Source: Intoshia linei
Taxonomy: Eukaryota > Animalia > Orthonectida
NCBI GenBank assembly: GCA_001642005.1
Contig: LWCA01000234.1
Location: 1-37,989, forward strand
Direction of reading: 5' to 3'
Length of the DNA stretch: 37,989 nt
A program made the translations under genes and the position numbers. The notes under the pieces are model-generated. The model was not told the origin of the DNA and did no database searches. It saw nothing but the letters and a program-made list of their open reading frames with translations. Shown in pieces: positions 22,024-32,548 of this stretch (positions are counted from its first letter, which is position 1; the number at the start of each line of letters is the position of its first letter).

Positions 22024-24912
22024 ACAAAAAAGAAGTCGTCTTTGAGTGTAGTAGTTACTACAGTGTACCAATTGATCCAAATAACCCTCCAACATCAAGT
22101 ATATACAGTCTTATCAACGACGCATCTCCGTTTGGCTTAATTGATGGGTTTACATTGGATGAAACAATAGATCCTTTTTTTTTCATTCCTCCACTTGCAG
22201 CAGATTTATGGAAATTGCAATTTGTTACACTGGCTGGAACAAAAGCTAATGATCAGAGAGGTTACTGTATGTTTAGTTTTTCTCTTGTGCCAGGTATTTT
22301 ATTTTTTAAACTATATCAGAATGTTCAGTCCACTATCTCATCAAAAGTGACGTGTTAAATAATAATAAAAGTTAATTTTAAAAATTTTTTAATTTAACCG
22401 AACCCAATTGATTTTTCACTTAAATGACTCTATGAACCTTAACCGTACGTGATTCTTTAATAGGTTTGACACCCCTCTTATATGGTCTATTGTCAAAATA
22501 CACATTCGAATTTTTAGGCAAATGAACCAAGTTGATTTTAATTTTATTGAATTGTCGAAATAAAAATTTATTGGTGCTAGTCTCCACTATAAACCAAAAA
22601 TCGAATATTGAAATTTTAGCTAAATATCCAAATTGAATAAATAATAATAAAAAAAATTCTTAAGTTATGATTTTACTATTTTTAATACATGTATAAATAA
22701 AATTTAATTCAGAGATTGTCATCTAAATTTTGTTAAATATCTTAGTCAAAAATTTTATAAGAATATTTTTTTAATTTTATATTTTACGTCTAAACTGTAT
22801 GAATCTAAAAATATTATATTTTACTGAGATGTTATAGTACTTATAAAAAAATGGTCTATCCACCAACTTGATATTTATTTAATATTATATATATTTATAG
22901 TTTCTTGCGATTTATCGTTTCCATTATTGACGCACTCGATCAATGTTATCACAACATTAGCCACAGTCACCTGTAATGCAGGCAGTATTTTTTTTGATGA
23001 AACTACTGAAAAAACTTTTACTTGTGACGCAAAAAATTATTGGGAAAAAGTTCAAGATTGTGTCGGTATATATTCAATTTTATAGACAAAGTATTGTACG
23101 CATGGGTAATGCCAATTTTGTATTATTTTGAAACATTAATTACAATGTAGTATAGTCTTATTCCAAATATAAATAGTTAAAAAGTATAATACGCTGATTA
23201 ACTTCAAAATATCAAAATAATTGGAAAAAATGACTATTTTTGTGTTTATATTTTCATAAATGATTGAAATATAAAATGGTGGTTTAGATTTAGAACTCAA
23301 ATAATTAATTAGTAGATCTAATAATATGCTTTAAAATTGTATTCTAGCTATTTTTTATATGTCTGATAAAAATATAAATCTACGCTCCGCACAGTGCCAA
23401 ATCGAACAATGCGTTTAAATTTAAATTGTAGGATAATTGAAAATAAAATTTTAAATCTTAGATTCATTTTCTTTCAGTAATCCGTGGTAGGGGAGAAATA
23501 ATCTTAAAACCTTTTCGAGTTTACTGGAAAATCCGTTTGTCTTATATTGGTTAATTTTAATTTAACAAGATCATCCTAATCATGATTTACCGACTTTTTA
23601 ATAATATCTATTTAATTAATAATTAATTTTTAATTAATGAATGATTTTATTTATTATATTGAATATAATATAATATAAAAATATTTCTTGAAGAATATTA
23701 TTATACTCTCAGTGAGGCATTTAAATCCAAATATTGAAATACTTTAAACAGTAAATTAAGATGAACATTAAAATATCAATTTAAAAAAAATGTTAAATAT
23801 AGAATAAATGAACAAATTTTGTTAAGTATAGTAAAATATTAATATTTTTTATTATATATGTTTATTTTTTAAAAAAAATAAGGTTTTTGATAACATCTGC
23901 GAAATAGGTACATTTTTTCATAAGTATGAGCAACAAAATAATATTTTGACTATTTTTTTAAATTTTTTAGACGATTTATTTTTTTTAGGTCCTTTAAAAT
24001 TAAGAGTTGCAATTAAAATTGAAATTTACAATTTTTGCATATTATTTCAAAATCTTTTTTAAACTTGTCAATCAAATTAGTATCAATAAAAATTGCATCG
24101 CCTTTTAGTGATAACTAATCAGTGATTAGTATTTTGTATTGTGTCTTTTATTAAAATTATCGAACCAAACTGTAAACCCCGTAAATTTTTCTTCGCCAAT
24201 TTTATCCATTTTTTCGATGTAGATTGTCTAACATTTTCATCGCTGATTATAAAGTTTAGATTCCACTTGTGTGAAAACATTCAAATAATATGATTTTATA
24301 TTTAAATTAACTTTTCTTAATTTTTTTGTTATTAGTGATTATACATTGTTCATTGATTTCTTAATTTCTTTACCACGTTTAAGAATTTGAACTGTACCAA
24401 TTGTGATTTTATAATTTTTCGATGGCTTATTTTTGTTTAACTTGAAAATTTTTTCTAACAGAGATATTTTCAATTTCTATTTTGTATTTTTGTTTAAATC
24501 AATGAAATAATTTTTAATATAAAAATGTTAATCTTTGAATACGTTCATCTTTGGAGAATTTACTGTATTACCTGGATTTTCATAATAATTTTTGGCGAAC
24601 CGGTTATCGCATGATAAAAATGTGGCGCATTGTATGCAAAAAGTTGGCCACCCTTCCATACTGTATATATTTGTTGAAAACAGCAAAAAACACTAATAAT
24701 AATTTCATATAGAAGAGTTGACTAAGAATGATATTCTCAGAATCGATTTGGTGTATACTGTTGGCGGAGATAGAGCTGCATGCAAAGCTGGTCTAGAGAC
24801 TGAATTTAACAATCTCCATACAACGAATATAATTGAATTTATACAAACAAACCTTGAAAATATGGCTGGAGGAGCATTTATTATAAATACAAATGCGATC
24901 ATACTTACAGAA
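22024..24912 (+). CDS. Three internal exons of an Uninflatable/SP1070/SVEP1-like extracellular protein (HYR-like plus Sushi-like domains); partial
   Basis: Exons 22024-22293, 22901-23065 and 24713-24912 join in phase. FEC...RGYCMFSFSLVP is HYR-like, and VSC..ATVTCNAGSIFFDETTEKTFTCDAKNYWEKVQDCV is Sushi-like with 4 Cys and a Trp. No start or stop exon was found. Confidence 0.6.
24150..24565 (-). mobile_element. Degenerate pogo-like transposon end with HTH-type transposase relic
   Basis: The minus strand has TA|CAGTAAATTCTCC at 24565, then KISLLEKIF..KNYKITIGTVQILKRGKEI, resembling a CENP-B/psq HTH. The left boundary is approximate. Confidence 0.45.
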
Positions 24913-24937
24913 GTAATTTAGTAAATTTTATATTAAA

Positions 24938-25812
24938 CTAGCTTGACTGTTAAGTAGTTCGTACAAACAGCATCCGAGCTTTGCCGAGGGGGACATTTTT
25001 ATTCTACCAAAAAAATAAATTTAATAAGAAAATTTAACCTAAAAATGCTACTATTCCCTATTATCAATCATTTAAAGAAGTGGTTCCAAACTTGTTACAC
25101 GTGGATCCGTCATATCACATTATCTTTAAATTTAAAATGAATTATTCCACTCACTCTTCGAATTCATGCATTTTGCCAAACTCGTATTGTAAAGTGAAAA
25201 TTATGCACTAGACATGTATATAGCTATTATTGATAATTGTTACAAATTTAACATAAAATGGTAAAAAGAAAAGTAACATTCATAAGAAAAAAGGTTTAAA
25301 GTATAAAAAAATTTTTAACATCAATCATTTTTATATTACAATCATTTGCAATAATATTAAAATTTGACTGAAATATTTATAAAGTGAAAATTTAATTAAT
25401 GATTAAATGGTATTTAATGGAAAAATGGATTAAATGGATTAATGGTATTTTTAAGTATTTATTAAATTGATACTGAATATATGTCATTACATTAAAAATG
25501 ACAAAATAGGTTTTTATAATTTTATTTTTTCGGGAATTTATGCTATTTATGACAATTTTTAGGATTGGACTGTTTTTACTTTATTTTTAATATTATACAC
25601 ACATTCTGTCTAATTAATTAAAAAAATGGGATAACAATTGTTTTTAAATTATTTACGCAAATATTAACAAAACAAAACAAAGGATTGATAATAGTTAATA
25701 GTAGAATTTTTAAGTTAGATTTTTAACGTGAATTTATTTTTTTTGTATAATAAAAGAGTGCCCTCGGCAGAGCTAGGTGCTGTTTGTACGTAGTACAAAA
25801 CTGCCAAGCTAG
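24938..25812. mobile_element. Two Helitron 3' termini in inverted orientation (~58-bp imperfect inverted repeat)
   Basis: CTAGCTTGACTGTTAAGTAGTTCGTACAAACAGCA..GCCGAGGG lies at 24938, and its reverse complement ends ...TTTGTAC-GTA-GTACAAAACTGCCAAGCTAG|T at 25812. Confidence 0.75.
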
Positions 25813-26484
25813 TTTTTGTATAATATTTTTGTATGAGATTTTTAAAATGGCAAGCTTTTCCACTAAAGATTTTCAAAAATTTTTATTCTTTTTACGATTA
25901 TCATAAAACTATCACACGCAACTTTATCAGCATTTGGACCTAATTTATATAATTTTGGAACACCCCTAGTCTGTATAATATTCAAAATAAAGTAAAAAAA
26001 GTTCTCTCTTGTCAATGCTAAAAATTGTCATAATAGTATATATTCCAGAAATTTTGTATTTATATTAATTGGAATGAGCTCTATCAGAATAATCTTTTTT
26101 TTAATTTTGGGACAGTTAATTTATTCACATGTTTTTTTTTAATAAAATATTTCGGAAAAAAATATGAAAACTAAAATGATTTCATTAAAAAAAGGACAAT
26201 TGGAGTTTTTGACCCGTAAGATGTGAGTTTGGGAGGTTGAAATTTAATTTGTTAACACCTCTGGAAAAAACTGTAACTGAAACGTTGACTTTATAAAATT
26301 CTAAGACTGATAGTTATTGAAATAAACGGTAACACACAGACGCTAACAAATATTGTGCAGCATATTATATAAGTAATTTAAAATTAACAAAGTTATATTG
26401 GAAGAGCTAACCACTGCAGTGTACAAACAGTGCACTGTTTTTACGAAGTACATAACTATTATACATACATTATATAGTATACAT

Positions 26485-27265
26485 TAGGGTGGTTCAAAAA
26501 AAAATTTTTAAAAAGTACTTTTGAGTATATTAGGGAAATTGGGTAAAAATGACTTGTACAAATTTTTACAGCATAAAATTAATTATTGTTCCGCCACTGA
26601 TCACCATCAAATTTACGTTTCTTATATATAGTATAAAAAATATAGTGTTGGTTACACGTTATAATTCATTGTTAAAGTTTAATAAAATGGAACTTATTTA
26701 TTACATTATCAAATTATTCTAATTTTTTAAACAATTTATTATGTGTTAACAAATGTATTATGAAATTTAACAATTATATAAATTAAAATTATGAAACATT
26801 TGTTCTTTTTTTATTTATAAATCATTTTATTTTAATTTTCGTCAAAATTTTAAAATCTATAAAAAATCACATTCTGTTAAAAAACCTCCGTCTTTCGAAT
26901 TGATACAACTATTATTTTTAATTTACTTAATCATAAAATGAATCTTTGCCTTTGTCACCCATTGGATTATAGTTTTAATTAATGGAATCGAATTATTTTT
27001 TTTGCCTAATGGATATTTTCATTAATGGATGAACGTTTTAATTAATATTCGTCAATTAATTTTCACGGTTACTATTAAAATATTTATATTATAAAATACT
27101 ATATACTATATACAATATATTATAGATTTCCCCTGCTCGGGTGACAAAGGAAAATTAATCGAATCGTATCAATTTTTTTGCCAATCATCATTATTTACCA
27201 CCCTTATCAAAATATCAAAAGTACTTTCTCAATTTCAAAAATTTTCTTGTTTTTGAACGACCCTA
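26485..27265 (+). mobile_element. hATm-derived MITE, copy 2 (complete, 781 bp)
   Basis: TIRs are TAGGGTGGTTCAAAAA and TTTTTGAACGACCCTA. The subterminal TACTTTCTCAATTTC is shared with the element ending at 1301. The flanks GTATACAT and ATGTATAA do not form a TSD. Confidence 0.92.
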
Positions 27266-27364
27266 ATGTATAAGAACATTTACCGTGTTGTTAATAATGT
27301 GTGCTACTATCTGACACGTATATAATGAACAATAACATATACAATATAACGATAGTTATTAGAG

Positions 27365-27630
27365 CAGCCGTACGTCGCGAGACAAAATATCGCGAAATTT
27401 TTAACTATACAAATTCAAAAATTGAGTAAAACTTTAATAAATTAATTAAAGTTCAAATTATCACTAAATTTTTAATTACTAATCTTTGTAATAAAATTAT
27501 AGAATACATGTAACATGTAACATTAAAATTAAATAAAAAATAAGATAAACAAAAATTTTTTACATATTGGGTGCACCGCATGTTTCATTAATTGAGTGCG
27601 TCGCAACAATAAAAATTTTGGAAACCACTG
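27365..27630. mobile_element. Degenerate hAT (Buster-like) MITE
   Basis: Right end TTTGGAAACCACTG; left end CAG. The flanks TATTAGAG and CATTAGTT match only 5/8. Confidence 0.4.
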
Positions 27631-27701
27631 CATTAGTTTGTAGGGAACATTCTATTTAGCATTAAACTCTGATTTTTTCTAAAATTTCATAGAACCAGTA
27701 C

Positions 27702-28153
27702 AAGTGGCGGATCTAGGCTTTTCAGCCAGGGGGCGAAATAATTATTAAGGGCCAAACGCATATAATATATTTAATTGGTATGTTTATTAATATATTTTTA
27801 TCTATAATAATAATTTATATATTTTTCTAGTTTTCATTTTACTAAATTTTGCAATGTTGAACATTCAACTGTTGAGATGTTCAACTGCATCAAAATCGAC
27901 ATTTTCGGCAAGTTCTCTTTCAATTATGAACAACGTTAAGTCGGATAATTTAACTTAAACTGATATATATAAAAAATAATACATAGATTAATGAACATTA
28001 TATACATAAAACGACAACGAGGGGTTTTATATATAGTTTTTATATTTTTCTCATTGTTAATACACAAATTAAAATATTTTAAGGGCAGATTTGTACCAGG
28101 TTTTAGACCAGGGAGTGCGACCGCCCCAATGAACCCACCTAAACCCACTACTG
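27702..28153. mobile_element. hAT MITE, 452 bp, with perfect 8-bp TSD
   Basis: TSD ACCAGTAC at 27694-27701 and 28154-28161; ends AAGTGGCGGATCTAGG and CCTAAACCCACTACTG. Confidence 0.88.
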
Positions 28154-28685
28154 ACCAGTACCATGTGATGATCCCGTATCTAACCAGAAACCACGCTGGA
28201 ATTAATGTAGAACTATTTAATTTTAATTTTTTTACTTCAATAATGACATTTTTTTGTATTTACACAATAATTATTTCGTAAAATTGTAAGGTTATCAAAT
28301 AAACATTTAAATTAATGTCGATAGAAACATTTAAGACAATATTTTGTAAATATGAAGTAGATGAGTGCCACATATTGAATGATCCAAAATATTTTATATA
28401 CATCCCTTCCCTGTTTAACAATATATACTGTGCAAACCAACAAATTTTTGAATGGCTAAGCTAATTATATTTTTTTTATCAGCTTTTTAGTTTCTCCCGT
28501 TATTATCCAAAAATTATTTATAAAATACATTTTATATTGCTATTTTCAATAAAAATTGTAAAAATATAGAAATATAGTATCTTCACTCGTTCACTGTTCA
28601 AACATAGGTGTTTACTATATTGAGTGTTCATTATATACTGGGTTAACTGTAGTTATATATAAAGTGTTAAAATAAATGTTATTAC

Positions 28686-28880
28686 ATTGCTCTCTTTTTG
28701 TAATCTTTCTTTTTTTCCAATAATCCTAATTTCCGTCTTTCATGAGGCTATAAGTTTTATAGATTTCAATTGAAATTTTTCATTATCCATTTGTTAATAA
28801 TTATGTTTATTTAAATCAAATACCTGTCGTCGTTCTCGATGAGCCCTTTTAGTTATTTTAGAAGCCTTATCGAAAGACAT
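28686..28880 (-). CDS. UTP11: U3 snoRNA-associated protein 11, first two exons only
   Basis: Exons 28880-28824 and 28747-28686 give MSFDKASKITKRAHRERRQPHERRKLGLLEKKKDYKKRA, the UTP11 signature HRER.Q..R..LGLLEKKKDY. The downstream NPDEF exon was not found. The ORF track misses this gene. Confidence 0.9.
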
Positions 28881-29572
28881 TGCGATAATACAAGTTGTTA
28901 TAGTGATACTATTTACTTGAGATTCATAAATGTTAATTACTCAGAGTAATTTACTCTTGGCATTATGTATGATTTTATACAATATCTAGTAATAATGTTG
29001 TTGAATCATGATTTATTAGTAAGAAACATAAACATTATAAGTGTAATTTTTTCAGGGTGTTGAATATTATAGAATTGTCAGATTACCTATAGCGTAGGTC
29101 CTACACTACATTCATTGTTTGTGGGTGTTTAATTTTTAATAGTTTAAATTTTAACGTAGTTCATGTAATCTTTACAGGGAAGGTATTCTATTTTATTTTT
29201 GGGAGGAATTCTCTAGCTTTGGTGCATCTTAATTATCAGGAGTATACAAGATATGTACTGTATATCAAGATTCGGAAACCATTTGTACCAATTAAACCAC
29301 TTACATAAAAAAATCTCTATCGTTTTCTAAGAGAAAATGATATACACTGCACTTAACATTTTTTTACATTTTACTGAAGGAGTAAAAGTTTTTCACAATT
29401 ATACTAACTTTATAACATAAATAATAAAGATACAATGTACATTAGGGTGATCACTTTCCTATAAAAATCATTCAAATTGGTTGAGTTTAGAGCCGGTCAC
29501 TCAACATTGAAATTTTTCCCTAAAAAGTTTAAATTAAACTTTATTCTCATAGTAAAATGTTATAAAAATTAA

Positions 29573-29744
29573 CCCTTTCACTGTCTGTGTATTATATGAT
29601 ATACACAGCATAATTTTGAAAAACTTTATTCTTTTATTTTCATTTTCACATAGGCAATTTTTTAAAATAATACAAGTTTAAATTAAAACATAAATTCCAG
29701 ACATGTGGTGATAGTACATAAAATTGCATCAGACAGTGAAAGGG
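29573..29744. mobile_element. piggyBac MITE, 172 bp
   Basis: Perfect 15-bp TIRs CCCTTTCACTGTCTG with TTAA on both sides. Confidence 0.93.
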
Positions 29745-30191
29745 TTAATAATGCATATAATTTAAAATTAATATTGTCGCGTCATTTTATAAAATTAGAA
29801 TAAAACCTGCCATATCCTGTGGACCACTAAGGGGTCACATGATTATCTTGAGAACCACTGGATTAAACAATATATAAACGTCCCACTTTTTAATTTTTTT
29901 TTATGGGTCTAAAATGTCAATCCGGCCCGAGTCTACAGCTGGCTCTCCACGGTGCTGCTTCCTACCGTTCAGATACACTTCATCAGATAACATGTAGCAA
30001 AAAGGTCTCAAATATTATTACAAGTATCACTACAAAAAAAGTCTCCCGAAAAAACCGACTTTTGACCCTTTGTATATATTGATCTGCAATGTTTTGCATG
30101 TAGTAAAATATTTCAGATATCATAGTGTAGTTATTTCACATGAAGTTATCATATATACTTTATTTTTCCGCGTCATTTAAAATATTTTAGG

Positions 30192-32521
30192 ATGAAGCGA
30201 GTCAAATTTTCGTAATTTTTAAATAAAATAAAATTCAAATGTCAATATATTTACAATCTTACAATAATAATCAATAATAATATTACAATCTACTCAGTAA
30301 CTTTTAGCCAACAACCAAAAATTTCTACAATGCTGAAAAATGGAAAGGTAAACTTTCCATTACAATTAAATGCGAGTTTTCTGGATCTCCCAGAATTTGA
30401 ACAGACGATCAGATATTTTTACAAAAAAATTGGTCACATTAACTATTTAATTAGGTGGTAGTTGAGACTTTTTTGACATAAACTATTACTTCAAAAAAAC
30501 ACTTTCTTGGTAATATTTTATTTATTAAAATTGTGCGATAACTTGGTCACTTCATTAAAATACACTGTGTCAATAATATAGTATACATCCATCATTACTT
30601 TACTTTAAAATGTATAGTTGAAATTATAAAAAATACAGGGTTTCCTTTGTTTCAAAGTTAGGAATCACTGATATAGGTAATGACATCAGCAACTAATTTA
30701 ACCATTGAGTATTTCAACAGTTAATTGAAAGTATTTTTGGATACCAGATAATTGAAATTAATCTTTATGATTTAGTGCAGTAGTCGGGAACCAGTGTTCC
30801 ACATAATAATATTGGTAGTAATTTGAATAAATGTATAAATTATTTATTTTTACATTTTTCAAATTTTAAACACCTTTTTAAACATTTTCTGCTACAATTG
30901 GTTCATTTTAATCGTGAATTATCAAATCGGGCCTGGACTTTGTCTTCAATTAAAATTTATCATGTGTAAATTTTAAAAAAAGTGGGCCACGAGATGCAAA
31001 AGGATACCAACCCCTGATTTAGTGCAATGTTGCCTCATTGGTGATATAATTTCATAAATCCTAAAAAAACTATTTATAGTTTGTTTTGAAATTTAGTATT
31101 CAATTTAAAAACTAAAACCTACCACAAAAAATGTATTATATTTTAATGTAAAATTAGTTGATAAAAAATTATGCTTACGAGGAATTACTCTGTAATAATA
31201 CATTTAGTATAAGTAGGATGTTTGTTCAGAATCTTATAATGGAGTATAATATTATAGTGGATTTTTGTATGATGATTAAAATTTAATTTTTATTATTATG
31301 TTTCTCAATCTGGTTCGGTTCCCTTAGGCTGCTAGAACATTTATAAAACCTTATTATTATAAAGTATTAGTTAGATTTTATCACGAGCCAAAATTTTTAG
31401 GTTCTCATCTGTGTTTATATTATTTGTGTCATTTTAACCGGGTGTTCAGATTAAACGGTCTGACTATATTTTTAATTAAATATATACCACAGGAAAAAAT
31501 CAAAACTTCAGTAATTTGACAACTAGGCATATTTTCACGTTTTTAGAAAAGAGATTTTATCAATATAATTTCTTGGAATATTAATGGAGCATCCGCCATG
31601 TCTAAGGTTAAAATTTCAAAATAGTAATTTTAAACTAACTAACTTAGAAAAAAGATGTAAATTATATTACTGAGAGTGATGCCGATTTTTATTGCTTCCA
31701 AGAAACAAAATCTTCCAAAGAAAAACTTCCGTCCTTTTTTGAAATGGAGGGGTATTTTAATTATTACAACTTTGGAGTAAAGAATGGATATTCTGGTACG
31801 GGCCTTTGTTCAAAAGAGAAGCCTATAAAAGTTACGTATGGTTTTGGTACATAACATCAAGGAATTATAAATATATTTGTATAGAGACAATCAAAGAGGA
31901 AGAAGGCAGATTAATTACGGCAGAAATGGATTCTTTTTATTTAGTTACAGCTTGTATTTATTTTGTTACGTTTTTATATATTAAATTAGATGTACCAAAC
32001 TCTGGACGTGGCCTTGTCAGATTGGATTATAGAACGAAATGTTGGGAACCAGACATGGTAAAATACATAAAAAATTTACAGAAATTGAAGCCAGTAATTT
32101 ATTGTGGTGATTTGAATGTAGCTCACCAGGAAATCGGTATGCTATGCGAAATAATGTATATATTGATAGATTTGACCAACCCTAATACGAATCATAAAAC
32201 GGCCGGATTCACTGACATAGAACGAAAAAAATTTACAGTAATGTTGGCTGAAACCGAAATGATTGACACATTTCGGTATTTATACCCAGAAACTAAAGCT
32301 AAGTATTCTTTTTGGTCGTATATGAGGAATAGCAGAGAAAAAAATATAGGATGGTAAGCTAATTTTGTATGTATTACTAGTATAAAAATTTTAGGCGATT
32401 GGATTATTTTTTAATTTCGGAAAAATTAAAGAAGAATTTAATAGATAGTTTAATTCATGACGAAATAAAAGGAAGTGATCATTGTCCCGTAGAATTAAAA
32501 TTAAAAATACCAATAAAATAA
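30192..32521 (+). CDS. APEX1: AP endonuclease 1 (ExoIII family)
   Basis: Core exons 31547-31606, 31648-31846, 31885-31953, 31990-32136, 32170-32353 and 32395-32521 encode ISWNING, CFQETK, GYSG, EGRLIT, YVPNSG, GDLNVAH, YSFWSY, GWRLDYF and GSDHCP. The 5' exons (30192-30211, 30308-30347, 31493-31510) are tentative. Confidence 0.93.
30778..31016. mobile_element. hAT (Buster-like) MITE, 239 bp
   Basis: Perfect 8-bp TSD ATTTAGTG (nnnTAnnn); ends CAGTAGTCGGGAACC and GGATACCAACCCCTG. Confidence 0.85.
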
Positions 32522-32548
32522 ATACTTCTATTTGTACAAATTTTTATT

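Larger units (their letters stand above)
27307..28649. mobile_element. Old pogo-type element hosting nested hAT MITEs
   Basis: The right end reads on the minus strand TA|CAGTTAACCCAGTATATAATGAACA. The left end reads TA|CTATCTGACACGTATATAATGAACA, with an identical 14-mer at the same offset. Confidence 0.55.

Noticed and set aside
25400-25450. Degenerate (T)TAAATGG tandem repeat as a CRISPR or telomeric array
   Set aside because: Short, irregular and without spacers; ordinary low-complexity DNA.
27936-28281. Overlapping ORFs with GC-rich Pro/Gly stretches
   Set aside because: They arise from the subterminal sequence of the hAT MITE at 27702-28153.
27275-28420. Possible further Uif-like exons (NIYRVVNNVCYYLT; FCKYEVDECH)
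   Set aside because: Too short, overlapping a probable pogo element, and without convincing domain continuity.
20039-28686. UTP11-UBA2 fusion transcript
   Set aside because: UTP11 exon 2 ends in phase 2 and the first UBA2 exon starts in phase 0, so the join is out of frame.
31806-32357. ORF-track 183-aa APEX product as the real protein
   Set aside because: It starts in the wrong frame and reads through three introns; the spliced model restores the conserved motifs.
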